DNA of 64,000 nt. Origin: Stegostoma tigrinum. Taxonomy: Eukaryota. Positions 51,639 through 64,000 of the stretch are shown in pieces; the stretch's first letter is position 1; every line of letters starts with the position of its first letter. Position numbers and translations under genes: made by a program. The notes under the pieces were generated by a model that was not told the origin of the DNA, ran no database searches, and was given only the letters and a program-made list of their open reading frames with translations. The stretch covers positions 72,367,222 to 72,431,221 of the forward strand of contig NC_081354.1 in the NCBI RefSeq assembly GCF_030684315.1, written 5' to 3'.

Positions 51639-53511
51639 TTAAATCCTTGCCCATCTTCTACCTTCTGAAAAGATAATGAATAAGGTTACCAAGGTAATGA
51701 GCACACGTTGGGTGATGTGGTCAACTTGTATATTGAAAATGCATTTCAAATTGAGGGGACTTGTCGTTGATTGGAAAAGGTAATTTTGTCAAACCTGGAG
51801 GCAGTCTGATTTCTGTCACTTGTAGTTTAGATCAGTTTCATATATGTCAATAGCAAATCAGTAATTTGTTATCCAGTTCTTCAAGCCACAATATTGCATT
51901 GCATTTCCATAAAGGCTAGTGACTTTATAATAAAGATGTGACACAAGAGACTTTGATCGAAACAATTGCAAAAAAAAATCCTGATTATTTGTAGTTTAGT
52001 TACTTGATAGATGTTTTAGCCATTCAAACATTCAATCTTTTACCAAAGTGACGTTGAGCCACATAACTGAAAATGGTAGGCGTCTGCCCAGGACCATCCA
52101 GAGTAGCGGGTTTGAAGTGTAATGCCTTAAAAGCCGTACTGTACTGAAGCAAGCAGACTCTGCTTAAAATTGAGTAGAAAATGAAAATAAACCCTCATTA
52201 TAAGAAGCAGTCTAATCTTACAAACTGATTCCAAGCTATGCTCATTTAGTGTGATACTTGTAAGAGGCTCACATTCATTGCTCCCTTGGCTGCGTTCCAG
52301 TAAATTAATGATATCCATTGAGCTTATGACAAATAAATCAGGAATTCTGGCACGTTGTTCTATCCCAATGGCTGTATCTTTTGCCTGATATAGGACTACA
52401 ATGGGAAGAACTTTAGACCTGTTCCTGCACCCAACAGGAATTCCATACTTAGTTTTTCAGGAGGGAGAACAAGTATCCAACCGAATTTCCTACCTGTACC
52501 TCTCATCTAATTCCTTGATGTTGATATTCCATCCTAGGCAAATCTGGACCACTGCCTTAAGTGATAGTTTGGACATTCCATTGACTTTCTAGCTGTGTAT
52601 TTGTAATGATCACACTGATTCTCCTAATTTTCTACTTCAACAACTATCACCAGTAGACTTCTCAAAAAAAGTTTTATTTTTGCCAATAATTATCGGTCTC
52701 AGTTTAATTTAATTTAGCACTAGTTTTAACGCTGAGAAAGTATTGTGTTTTCAAGATTCAATCCAAACAGTAGCATGTGAAAAATCAGGAGCATTGTATT
52801 GTCAGAACTATATTTGGACGAGGGTCTGCCTGCTTACTTGGGTACTCGGGCGCACTCTTTTTATAGAGCAAGCTGTCCTCTCAATATCCAGTTTGACTTT
52901 ATTCAGTATAAGCCAAGAAAACCAGTAAAGGGATCATTTATATCTGTGCTTTGTCATGAACTACATTTGATTTGCTTTGCTACATAAATCCAGTCACTGG
53001 AACAGGACTTTATAGTGATCTTCCGCACCCTGCCATTAGGCCTAAATGTAGCCAGAATCCAGCAGTACGTGAGAATGTTGCTCATTGTGATTTCCTTAGA
53101 GTAGTCAATTAATGACCAGGAATTAAGGCTCACCATGAGATCTTAAAGCTAGACTGTCAGTGTGAGGCACTTCAAAATGGAGGTGCCCTTATTCAAGTTT
53201 TCAGACTTTGTATTTAAATCGCCTTTGCAGGTGGGACGTCAGTCAGTGGGATGGTGGCAGGAAATCCCCTCTATAGGCCTCAGCCTACCTGGAGCACATG
53301 TGCCCAGATTCATTAGTGCAGATTTCTTCCAGGCAACTCAGCTGCCGCTGTCACCTTCAGCAATCTAGAAGCCAACTGTAAAATGCCATTTAGCCACTGT
53401 CAGTCAGCCACTAACTGCACCAGTTAGATACCCGATGCATGAAAGTGGTCCTGCTGCCCCTCCTGTTTTGCCTCCAGTTATATAACCCAGAGACAGAATT
53501 GTTTCCTTTCT

Positions 53512-53852
53512 TTATTCATTCAGGGGTTGAGGGCATCGCTGGATAGGCCAGCATTTATTGCTCATCCTTAATTGCCCAGTGGGCAGTTAAGAGTCAACCA
53601 CATTGCTTTAGATTTGGAGCCACATGTAGGCCAGACCAGGTAAGGATAGCAGCATTCTTCCCTCAAGGACATTAGTGAACCAGATAGGTTTTTCCTGACA
53701 ATCAGTGATGAATTCATTATCATCATTAGACTCTTGGTCCCAGATATTTATTAGAATCAAATTTCCCCATCTGCTATGGCGCGATTTGACCGTGGGTCGT
53801 CAGAACATTGTCTGGGCCTCTGGATTAACAGTCAGTGATAATACTACTACAC
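53512..53852 (-). mobile_element. tRNA-derived SINE sharing its 3' tail with the 55990 LINE family
   Basis: Tail ccagcatttattgctcatccttaattgccc shared with the LINE; tRNA-like head at the right end. Degenerate copy at ~38350-38640. Confidence 0.75.
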
Positions 53853-54881
53853 GTTTGATTCCCCGAATGGAGCCAGGGAACTAGGATACAGACCAGCAGC
53901 ACACGTATACCCACCTCCGTCTCCAGTGCCGATTGGGGCTGGATTTAAAGCCCCAGGTTTCTAAGAGGAATGTATTGAGGTGTACTGAGATTGTAGTGAA
54001 TTGCAGATGTGAGCCTGCTTCTGATCTCTCTTTCTGAAAGTTGCTATCAATTATTTGCAATGATTTCCTAGACCGTGCACCAACTGCTGAAGGATGTTCT
54101 CCTACTGTTGCCACAAATTCATTGGCTATTAGCTGCTAACAGCTCCCAAGTCTTTGCTGTGAAGTTTTTGGTTTCTGCAGAGCACATTCCCACAAGCAGA
54201 TTGATAATCATTGGTTTTTGGTGTTGGTTGAGTGAAAGCGGTCCGTTTTTGGGGTGAATGTTTTGAGGACAGGCAGGGAAAAAATAAGTGATTCAGATTC
54301 TATTTTACTGCTCATTATTGATTATCTGTTTGATTTAAATTCTAAATTGAGAAAAGAGAAATCACTGGAAAAGTATACATTGCAATGGTTGTGATTTCTC
54401 TTAAATCAACGTTTTCCTATTTGAATCATGTTACGAGGTATTTATGTTCCCTTCTTCATTTTTGAAGTGCGTCTGTCAAATAACCTTTATGATTGTGGGA
54501 CAATATGCTTTTTGCATTGAAGCCTGCCAGAAGGAGTACTGTTTGAGCACCATGAAAATTAGCTGAGGAGAAGACAGTTCAGGTGAATTAACATGTGGCT
54601 AAAGGCTGCTGTGAGAACAAGGTATTTCATTTCATGGGATAATGGGACTGGTTTTTGGCAGAAAGAAGCAGTGCTCAAAGTGTGGACTTCACCTGAACCA
54701 ATATGGGCCCAAACTGAAAAGGTAAGGAGGAGATGAAAAAGTCTTGAAGGCTTAAAGAGTGGCAAGAGGAATCTACAAGAAATGTGAATTTAAACAACCT
54801 AAATGCAAACAAAGCAGGGGAACATAGGACAAGAATATAGAATAGAAAAACATTTGATGGCAAGTGAATACTTAGAGTTAT

Positions 54882-55054
54882 AGATAACAAAGTGTGCAGC
54901 TGGATGAACACAGCAGCTCTCTGATGAAGGGTCTTGGCCCGAAACGCCAGCTTTTGTGCTCCTGAGATGCTGCTTGGCCTGCTGTGTTCATCCAGCTCCT
55001 CACTTTGTTATCTTGGATTCTCTAGCACCTGCAGTTCCCATTATCTCTGATACA
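54882..55054 (+). mobile_element. PLE-derived asymmetric mini-hairpin
   Basis: Short inverted arm 54882-54916, then ctctCTGATGA..GAAACGCC and full 3' tail. TSD tagagttataga at 54873-54884 and 55055-55066 (extends to 17 bp with 1 mismatch). Confidence 0.92.
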
Positions 55055-55989
55055 TAGAGTTATAGAATGGAATTCTAAAAATATGATTCAACGTAAAGAA
55101 AGAGAAAATAAATTTAAAATGTGTTTTAGTTTATATAGTAATACACATAGTTTCTGTAATGATGTGGGGGAGCTGGCTGCAGTTATGTGTTGAGAACTAT
55201 CAGACATATTAGGGAGTGCTGAGCACTGGGAATTAAGCATTGCAAGGAATAACATAGTCAGAAAAGATTGAAATGGTCGAGTGGCAAGATGGAGCAGCTG
55301 TACTTGTTAATGGGTAATATAGTGGCGTTGGAAAAATGGGGCCCAGCTATGAGTAAGGTGAAAATAGAACCTTTATAGAGATAAAAGCAAAGACAAATGC
55401 ACAGTCATATGAGTATATTCAGCAAAGGCTGATCCTAATCAGAAGAGACAGCAGAGATTGCACAAAAGTTGTTGATCTCTGTGCTGTGCTGAAAGAGTAT
55501 GTCTCAACCTAGCACAAGCTCCTCCACCAATTCATCAGCAATAGTAGCATTGTCCTTCTCATCCATTTTGTCATCAAAAAGCAAGTGTGGATCTAACATT
55601 ACCTCTTGTGATTGGTCACCTTTGTGCCCACATTCTGCTCTGTGTAGCCTGTCCTGAAGATCCAGAAAATTCATGTATGTTCCCAGGGATGGAAACTTAG
55701 CGGAAAGGGTAGATTATAATTATCTGCTGCTGCTGAATAAAGAATATTCAGAGTAAGACCAGTTTCTCCATTCAGCAATAATACTTTTGATTAGAATTGA
55801 CATTGAGAATGTCCAAAACTTACGTCCCCTATAGAGAAGTTTTCTATGCAGCTGCCTCTTGACTTCATTGAAATACCTTTTGCACTTCAATTGGATGATG
55901 GAAGGTTAAAAACAAATGAGGCTCGAGCCACAGCACAGGAAAGGAAAGGATGGACACTGTACCTCCAGCAACTAATTTAATTTTTTTTG

Positions 55990-56710
55990 GTTTTCTTGTG
56001 GGACATGAATGTTGCTGGCTGACCAGCATTTATTACCTATTCCTAGTTGCCCTTGAGAAGATGGTGGTGGGCTACCTTCTTGAACTGCTGCAGTCCATGT
56101 GCTGTAGAAGACTCACAATGCCCTTTAGGAGGGAATTCCAAGACTGTAACCCAGTAACATTGAAGGAATGACATATTTCAAAGCCAGGATGGTGAGTGGT
56201 TTGGAGGGGAACTTGTAGGTGGTGATGTTCCTATGTATCTACTGTGCTCGTCCTTCTAGATGGCAGTAGTTGTGGGTTGGCAAGTTGCTGCCTAAGGATC
56301 TTTGATGAATTTCGGCAATGTGTCTTATAGATAGTACACACTGCTACTGCTGAAATACGGTGGTGTTGGGAGTGAATGCTTGTGGATGTAGTACCAATCA
56401 AGGGGACTGCTTTGTCCTGGATGGTGTCAAACTTTTTTGGAGGTGCACCTATCCAAACAAGTGGGGAGTATTCCATCACATTGTTGACTTCTGCCTCGTA
56501 TATGGTGGACAGGTTTTGGCACGTTAGAAGGTGAGTTAGTCGCTGTAGTATTCCTAGCCTCTGACCTGTTCTCGTAACGACTGTATTTTTACGTGGAGTT
56601 CAGTTGCATTCCCAATCAATGATTAACCCTAAGGATTCAGTGATAGTAACTCCGTTGTAAACTAAGGGGGTGGTAGTTAGATTGTATCTTATTACAGGTG
56701 GTCATTGCCT
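55990..56710 (-). mobile_element. CR1/L2-group LINE 3' fragment, second family
   Basis: ORF 56231-56479 - MEYSPLVW..DTIQDKAVPLIG..HHR. Related shorter copies at ~19870-20180 and ~32880-33295; probable upstream part at ~16440-16920. Confidence 0.8.
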
Positions 56711-57184
56711 GTTAACATAAACGACTGACTACCTGAAATTATCCTGAGTTTCTGTAACTTGCTCCAGGAAACAAAATCTTGTGGTCTTCATTAGTATCCA
56801 GTACTTTGTCAGGTATAGGTTGTTATTTTTAAGGTGGTATTATTTTTGTTGTTTTGTCCTGCTGTAAAGCCTGTTCTGCTACTCCTGAAGACAATTTTGA
56901 AATGACCTGTTTTGTTATGCAGCAGGTTAATGGCTGAGCAATTTTCCTACCAAATTGAGAAGTGAACTAGGAACTGTGTTTCTTCCCCACAAAGATTTTG
57001 ATTTCTACATGGCCCAGCTGACTTCCAGTTAGTATACTAGGCAGACTCAGCTGTGGGATCCCATGGAAAATCTCTATCTCCCTAGAGAAGGGAACTGTTC
57101 TGTGTATTAAGTGGCATGGTATTGGTTAAATCATCAGTATAACTACCAAGAGCTAGTCTTGCCTGCCTCAAGGACCAAATGATT

Positions 57185-57222
57185 GGGCAGGGGCAGGGGC
57201 AGGGGCAGGGGCAGGGGTAGGG
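57185..57222 (+). repeat. (GGGGCA)n simple repeat, G-quadruplex-capable
   Basis: About six direct units. Confidence 0.9.
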
Positions 57223-59744
57223 ACTCATATATCGCTGAAGTTGTATCTATGTTCTGCAGTTGACATAACATGTAAGCTACTATGTCTGCATTTGTTTATC
57301 ATGTAGTATCTTCTCAACTGAGATTTTGTTTTCTGCATTTTGTGACTGTGAGTCTAGATGTTCTCCTACTGTGAACCATTTGCTGAAGGCCTCACTGCTT
57401 TTGTTTTGGGCCTTTCCTGAGAGTTTGTCTTGTGTTGCTGGGTGCTTTAAATATTCTTGCTGTCAATAAACATGACTGGGAAGTTTACTGAGTGAGGAAT
57501 CTACTATCACTGCCACTATATAGTGAGATCATATTGAAGATGTAGAAAGAGTTGAATCTATTTTCCATATAGTGAGAAAACTTTATTAACTGTTTATTTT
57601 CTGTACGTAAGAATGGATGAGAGAGCATTTTTTGAACTATACGATCTTGATCCTCATCAGGTCTGTCCCTTATGTTGGCCAATGTCACTGATGACTTGTA
57701 CCATTCATTTGCATAATGGAACTTTTCTAGTATCATGATTCCAAATGTATTGGCGACAGTTCACCATTGTGAATCTAAATCTGAATCCTGATACACGCTT
57801 CACTTAGGTCATAACCTCCTGCTATCTGGTAATTCCCACATGTTCACATCCTTCACCATTGCTTACGTAACACTTGGCTGTATGATCCAAAGATTGAAGG
57901 GTCTGATCATGTTGAGGCATGCAAATGAGGTTTGAGCGTTAAAGTTCCCAGAGCTCACACTTGAGGAGTTGATTGATTGGCAATATGTTCCAAATCTGGG
58001 ACCCCAAATTCTAGTCCAAATTAAAATCATACTGTAACATTGTTTTAGTGGTCTTTGATGATTCAGTGGTCGGTCTGTACCTACTGTCTGGAATTTTAGC
58101 AATTCCACAGTGGTGCATGTTTTCTGATCTTTTAATCAGAAACAATGACCTAAGGATTAACTGTTTGTTTCAGACTTCAGATTTAAGAAATAACAAGTTT
58201 AGGACCCCTGAATTTATATAACTGTTCATCACTTGTTTCAGATGATGTCCAGTAGCTTTAATAAATTGTATGCCTGGATCAACTTATAAGTGTGGTCTTG
58301 CAAGATAAAGAAAGAAAGGTTTGCACTTACATTCTGCCTTTCATAACCTCAAGATGACTCAAATCTCTTTGCAGGCAATTTAATATTTTTGAACTGCGGT
58401 CACTGGTATAATGTAGGAAATGCACAACTACTTTACATATATTGTAAAAATCTGTCCATCTTACTGTCATCTTATTGTTCCTTGATGTACATTCTGAATA
58501 CAGTACTTAATGGTCTGAGAATCACTTTTCTAGATGATGTCCGCAAGTCCCTCCTTCATCAGCCCATTTGTTAATTTTTGCAAATGATGTTCTCTGATGA
58601 CAGAGTAGCTGTTTACTTAAAATGGTGCAATCAAGAGACTTCATTCCTGAAATGCCTTCTGTTTTCTTCTCAACTAATAATTCACATTTTAAAATAATAG
58701 CCCTTGTGTTTGTCAATATGTGAAAGACCGATGGGTGTTCGTATTTTATGCTTTTAATGTATAAACTTACAGAAAGAAATATTACCAGTATATAGACCAT
58801 GGGACTAATGACCAAACATATGCACTGATGCTGAGATAAAATAAAACCCAGATATGACTTTTTTTTACAGAATGAATTATATGAAATAAACAATACTAAA
58901 GATGTTTCAGCTTTTCATAGCTGTCCCAAATGGTGAGTTTCCAAGGAAGAACTGAAAGTTAAGATTTATGTCATTGTGATTAAAATATTATGCATAAAAT
59001 TGACAAAAGTGATGGAGATTTAGCTATTCCTTCATTCTCTGTAAAATAATTTGTTATAGATGTAGAGTGCATTGTATGGTTGACCCTACCTGTGATGGAA
59101 ATTTGGCCAGTGCCAGCTAAGGTTGGGATTCAAATCTGCGACTTCTTTTCACTTTGTTATGTTTGTAAAGCCAACAAACTTTAAAAGGTAAGAAGTCCAA
59201 TTTGAGTTAAATCTACGTTTTACATTCTAATCAAGTATGATTTTTCAGTTAAGATTTATGACATGCTGTCTATGTCCTCACCTTCACCTTCACTTTCACC
59301 CTCAAGGACAGATCCACTTAAATTAATTTGAACTATTACTTTCAGTCAAATTGCTTAAAGTAGTAGTAGTTTCCTGCTTTCTCTCATTTGCAATATTTTG
59401 ATACAGGTAAAAGCATAATATGAAACGCATCTCATAAAATAATTATGTCTTCTGAAATCTCTTTGAGTAGCATTTAGTTTGAATTTATTTATTGAGATGT
59501 GCAAACTCCCCAAAAAATGAGGGAGTACTGTACAGAATTTGGAGGGAGGTGATGACATAAAGTATTCTTGCAGGGCTAAAAATCAAAGACTTCCCTAAGG
59601 CTATAGGAACACAGGTTCAAGTCCCACAATAATGGATGGTGAAATTTACATTTAATTAATGAGAGTCTGTAACTTAAAAACTAATCTAATGGTGACCAGA
59701 AAACATCCATGAGTCTAAAAAAACATTTTAAAAATAGGTCTAGC

Positions 59745-60860
59745 AATTATAGATTAGTCACTTTAACATCAGTGGTGGAAAAACTTCTAGAAATAATTAG
59801 TCAGGATAAAATTAATAGTTAAATGGAAAAGTCTGAGTTGATTCAGAAAAGTCAGCATGGACTTGTTACGGGAAAATCATGTCTAACTCATATGCTGGGG
59901 CTCTTTGAAGAGGTAGCTGGGAGGGTTTAGGAGGGCGACAGTATTGACGTGGTGTACATCAACTTCCAAATGATGTTTGAAACAATGCCACACAACAGCC
60001 ATTTGAGGAAATTTATAGATTATAAAAGATGGCAGTGATGTGCAAACAAAATTGGCTGAGGGATAGGGGACAGAGAGTAATGGGTAATGGGCACTTTTTA
60101 GTTTGCGAAAACATTTTAGTGGAGTTCCCCAGGGGTTGATGTTGGGACCTTTGCTCTTCTCAATATATGATATGTAAATAATGAGGATCTTGATATGCAG
60201 GGGGAAATTTCAAAGTCTGCAAACAACTTAAAACTTAGGAGAATTGTAAACTGTAAGGGAGACCAAACAGGACTTAAAGGATAATGAAATGTGAGGCTGG
60301 ATGAACACAGCAGGCCCAGCAGCATCTCGGGAGCACTTAAAGGATACATTCATTAGTTGGTAGAGCGGCAGGACAGCTGGAAGATGCAGTTCAACGCGGA
60401 GAAGCCTGAGGTGATACGCTTTGGTACAAAGTTCACGGAGAGACAGTATAATATAAAGGAGAGAGTGCAGAAGAGGTTTATAAGAATGTTTCCAGGGATG
60501 AGACACTTTAGTTATGAGTAAAGATTAGAGAAGTTGAGACTATTTTCTTTGGAGAGGAGAGGCTAAGAGATTTTATAGAATTTTCAAAATCATGAGGGTT
60601 CTGGACTTTTTAAATAGGAAACACCTGTTCCTGGTTGTAAAAGGATCAAGAACTATAGTGCACAGGATTCATGTGTGTTACAAAAGAAACAAATGTGCTG
60701 TCAGAAATTTTTTTCCAAACAGCATGTAGTTAGCATCTGAATTCATGTCCTGGAAACATTTGGAGGCAGATTCAATGGAGGCATTAATTTAAATGCTCAG
60801 AAAGCTGGTGCAGACATGATGAACTGAATGGTTTCCTTCTGCATCATAATGATTTTTGGA
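59745..60860 (+). mobile_element. CR1 RT and 3' fragment with internal deletions
   Basis: agtcagcatggacttgttacgggaaaatcatgtctaact (SQHGLVTGKSCLT), ggagttccccagggg (GVPQG), gtgcagaagaggtttataagaatg (VQKRFIRM). Confidence 0.85.
60280..60336 (-). mobile_element. ~55-bp PLE 3'-terminal stub inserted in a CR1 relic
   Basis: gataatgaaatgtgaggctggatgaacacagcaggcccagcagcatctcgggagcac matches the PLE terminus. 12-bp TSD acttaaaggata at 60272-60283 and 60335-60346. Confidence 0.9.
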
Positions 60861-61779
60861 TACTATGGCATATATAAATACTCAGTGCCATCTTTAAGCC
60901 TATGTCCTAGTAAATGGTTCTCTCTTGAAAATAACAGTCGACTGGGCACAAAATTTGACTTTCAAATGTCCCTAGTTTTGATCGTACATGTGCTACTTGC
61001 ATATCTTGGTTAAGGCATTAGCTGCAGTGCTTTTAAAAAATATTTGTCCATTTGTGCATGGGATGTGATTATCTCTGGTTCAGCAAACCTTTATGCTCAT
61101 CCCTATGTGAAGGTGGTGCTGAGCAACATTCCATCTAAGATGCGTGGCTGCTTATGCACATTTGCATCGAGGATCTACATACAACATTTGCAGCATTGAC
61201 TTCTGGTTCTGGAAGTTGCTACTGCACATGGACCTTGGAAGTCTCCACAGAAGAAATTAGCAGAAACGGTGGTGGTGAGCTGCTCTCTTCAATCAGTGCA
61301 GGCCTTGGGATGTAGGGATAACCACGGTCGTCTGAGCAGATGAAGCAGGTGGGGCAATCACATGGTTTTACCAGGGTAGTAATGTTCACCATGTTCAGTT
61401 TGTCTTCCATGCAGAGATATAACACAAACATAAAGATTATAGATGTGCTGCACCCCATGAAATGATACCTAGGCCCAGAGCTGCTCAAGGGCATTATGTA
61501 AGGCTAAGTGCCATCTTTCGCACTGAAAGTTAGCAGCCTTTCGGTAACCATGCTACTGACATTCTGTTTGACATTATGTAAGAGCACTAATTCAGAAAAA
61601 GATGCCTGAAGGATGGGCAATAAAGGAACTCACAAGAGTGATTTATGAAATTTTGTACAAATTATCAGATATGTTGTTTTATTAAGTTGTTTTGAGGTGA
61701 ATTTAATTACAATATTGCCTTCCTAGCAATTACTGCATTCACTATCCAGATAGCTCAGGCCTTGGTTGCCCTATCTTCC

Positions 61780-62390
61780 ATCCTTGCGTGAAGATACTAG
61801 ACTGTTCCCTTCTCAGTAAAAACGGCCTATTGCTCTATCACAGCTTTGCCTGCAAATCTTTGGTCCTAATTAACCCAAGTCAGGAGTATTCTGAACCCAT
61901 AGGCCCTGTAATCAAGTATTTTTATACTATTTTGTTCCTTGTCATTATTTGTAGCCAATTTAAACCAGAGGATACTGTGATCATAGTCCCTAAATGCTTC
62001 CCTGTAGACAACGGAATCATTTGACCCAATACATTCCCCAGAGTAAGATCCTAAACTGTCTCCTTTCTCATTTGTCAAAACATGCTGAAGTAATTTGCCT
62101 TGAGCACAGTTCAGAACTGCTTCCCCCTGTCTTTTGTACTATTGCTATCCTAGTCCATACTAGGATAATTGAAGTTCCTCATTGAAGTTTCATTATATAT
62201 GCAATTTGCTGTTATTCCATGCAGATTTGTTTCCCGATAACTTTTCCACCATTTGGCCTATAGAATACAACTTAAGCATGACACCTTTATTGTTTGTTAA
62301 CTCTAACCAAGGAGATTCTGTTATTAAATCTTGTAGAACGTTCTCTGTCACCAACATTATAATATTTTGTAAGGAGACTTTTCTGTCATT
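61780..62390 (-). mobile_element. Decayed CR1 APE-endonuclease region
   Basis: Relics ESPWLEL, NFNYPSMD and DHSILWFKL on the - strand. Confidence 0.6.
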
Positions 62391-63289
62391 AGCAGAGGAT
62401 CCCAAAAGGTTTTTTTTTCACATTTTTTAAATCAAGGTTTTGAATTGTATGGAAGAGTTCATATTTCGTAGCAGAAGAACCAGCTCCTACTAGGCCCTTT
62501 CTCTCCAATATCAGCATGAGTTAGTTTGCTACACTTTTCATGATATACTGTTACCTCTCTAGTGCTTCTTAGGGTCAATAGCAAGGAGGGAAATTGAGCA
62601 GAACAATGATTCCTGCCTCCCTGCTGTCATTTACATTGATGTTACAATCTGGGTTCAGGAATCCACCCACCCAGTGCTGTGGGATGGAAAGGAAATCCAG
62701 GTTGTGAGTTGGAATGGTGGGAATTCAGAGACATGCCTCCTCATTTCACCATAGGAAATGAAAGTCATACAGTGTGTTACTTGTGTTCTCATTTTGTTAT
62801 GTAATCTTGAGCATTGTGGTCATATGAAATATTATTTGTAAGACTGAAGTAATTGATGGAAAACATCTGTCTTACCCAAACCTTGCCCTCAAAGGATTAA
62901 ATAGCAGAAACACATCAAAGTCAGGCTGAATCTTTTTTATCAATGATGTGTGGTTATATTTTATGGTACACAAATCTGCATTAGCCTTCTTTTAATTTTT
63001 TTTTCTCTTTTCGCCCTTCCTCTTTCCTCCAGGCTCTGTACATCTAAATTCTGTTGAGGGTGAGCAGATGGTTTGCTCCCATGTTGCTATTTTTCTGTGT
63101 CTTCTAATCATCTGCTAGAATATTTTCGATGATTCACCCACTGATTTTCCTTCCCTCCCTTCCTGTTGGGAAGTACGTGGCCTTTATTCAATGCCTCCTC
63201 CAGATGGCAGGTGCAGATTAAAACTTCAAGTGTGAGTAGCCCGAGGTTCAAACCTGTGCACTATTGTTCTGTGGCCTGTAGTTGGAAGA

Positions 63290-64000
63290 CCATGTTTGCC
63301 AAATTTGCTGATTACAAAAAGATCGATAGAAAACTGAAGAGGCCATAAGGAGGTTACAAAGAATATCTGGCAAATGAAATATCACGTGACAAAATGTGAA
63401 ATTGTGCACTCTGAATTGTGCACACACAAGACAAATAGAATGGAATTACATGGTCTAAATGATGTGAGATTGCAGAACTCTATAATACAGAGGGATCAGA
63501 GTATGCTAGTGTATGTATTGCAAAAATCTAGTATGCAGATACAGCAAGTAACTAGGAAAACTAAGAATATTGCCATTTATTACAAGGTGAATTGAACACA
63601 GAAGTAGGGAAGTTATGCTTCAGTTATACAAGTCACTTATGGGACTGCGAGTACTGTGCACAGTAGTGCTCAACTTAAGGAACGGTGTAAACATGTAGGA
63701 GGCATTGCAGAGAAATTTTACCAGTTGGCTATCTGTGAGTTGTCTTACGAAGAAAGGTTGGACTGATTAGGCTTTCATTTGCTGGAGCTTAAACGTATAT
63801 TACCCAACTTGACTGAAGCATATACAATACTAAGGAGTCTTGATAACATAGACATGGAGAGCATGTTTCTTGTTATGGAAAAATCTAGAACTAGGAGTCA
63901 CCCTTCAAAGGAATATGGGATTGCCCATTTTAAAGAGAAGAGGTAATTCTTAGTCTCTCTAGGAAGGTTGCAATTCTCTTCCTGTAAAGGTGGTTGAAAC
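63290..64000 (+). mobile_element. Decayed CR1 RT C-terminal fragment running off the window
   Basis: AKFADYKKI, KCEIVH, QRD motifs; cttcagttatacaagtcactt (LQLYKSL). Confidence 0.8.

Overview
AT-rich vertebrate genomic DNA, most likely from a shark or other cartilaginous fish (inferred from HE1/V-SINE-like, Deu-SINE-like and CR1 repeats). The only host coding sequence I recognise is a 91-bp + strand exon at 47755-47845 ([30 protein letters not shown]) matching CFAP299/C4orf22, so the rest is probably its flanking introns. Nearly every other ORF in the track is a transposon relic or noise. The dominant feature is a set of Penelope-like retroelement (PLE) insertions (RT + Cys-rich linker + GIY-YIG endonuclease, Neptune-type) with 12-16 bp target-site duplications (TSDs) and a minimal hammerhead ribozyme (HHR) motif near the 3' end. 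They range from 2.2-2.7 kb copies (two are tails-out inverted-repeat structures) to 170-230 bp non-coding HHR hairpins and a ~55 bp stub. Most notable: (i) one young copy ends in a 12 x 36/37-bp tandem reiteration of its own RT sequence; (ii) the mini-hairpins all break 3-4 nt upstream of the ribozyme core; (iii) every two-armed insertion has one long and one short terminus, defined by a motif repeated 33 bp apart; (iv) all 5 HHR copies sense to the host pre-mRNA are damaged while 4 of 5 antisense copies keep an intact core. Boundaries of old LINE/SINE fragments are approximate and were read by eye.
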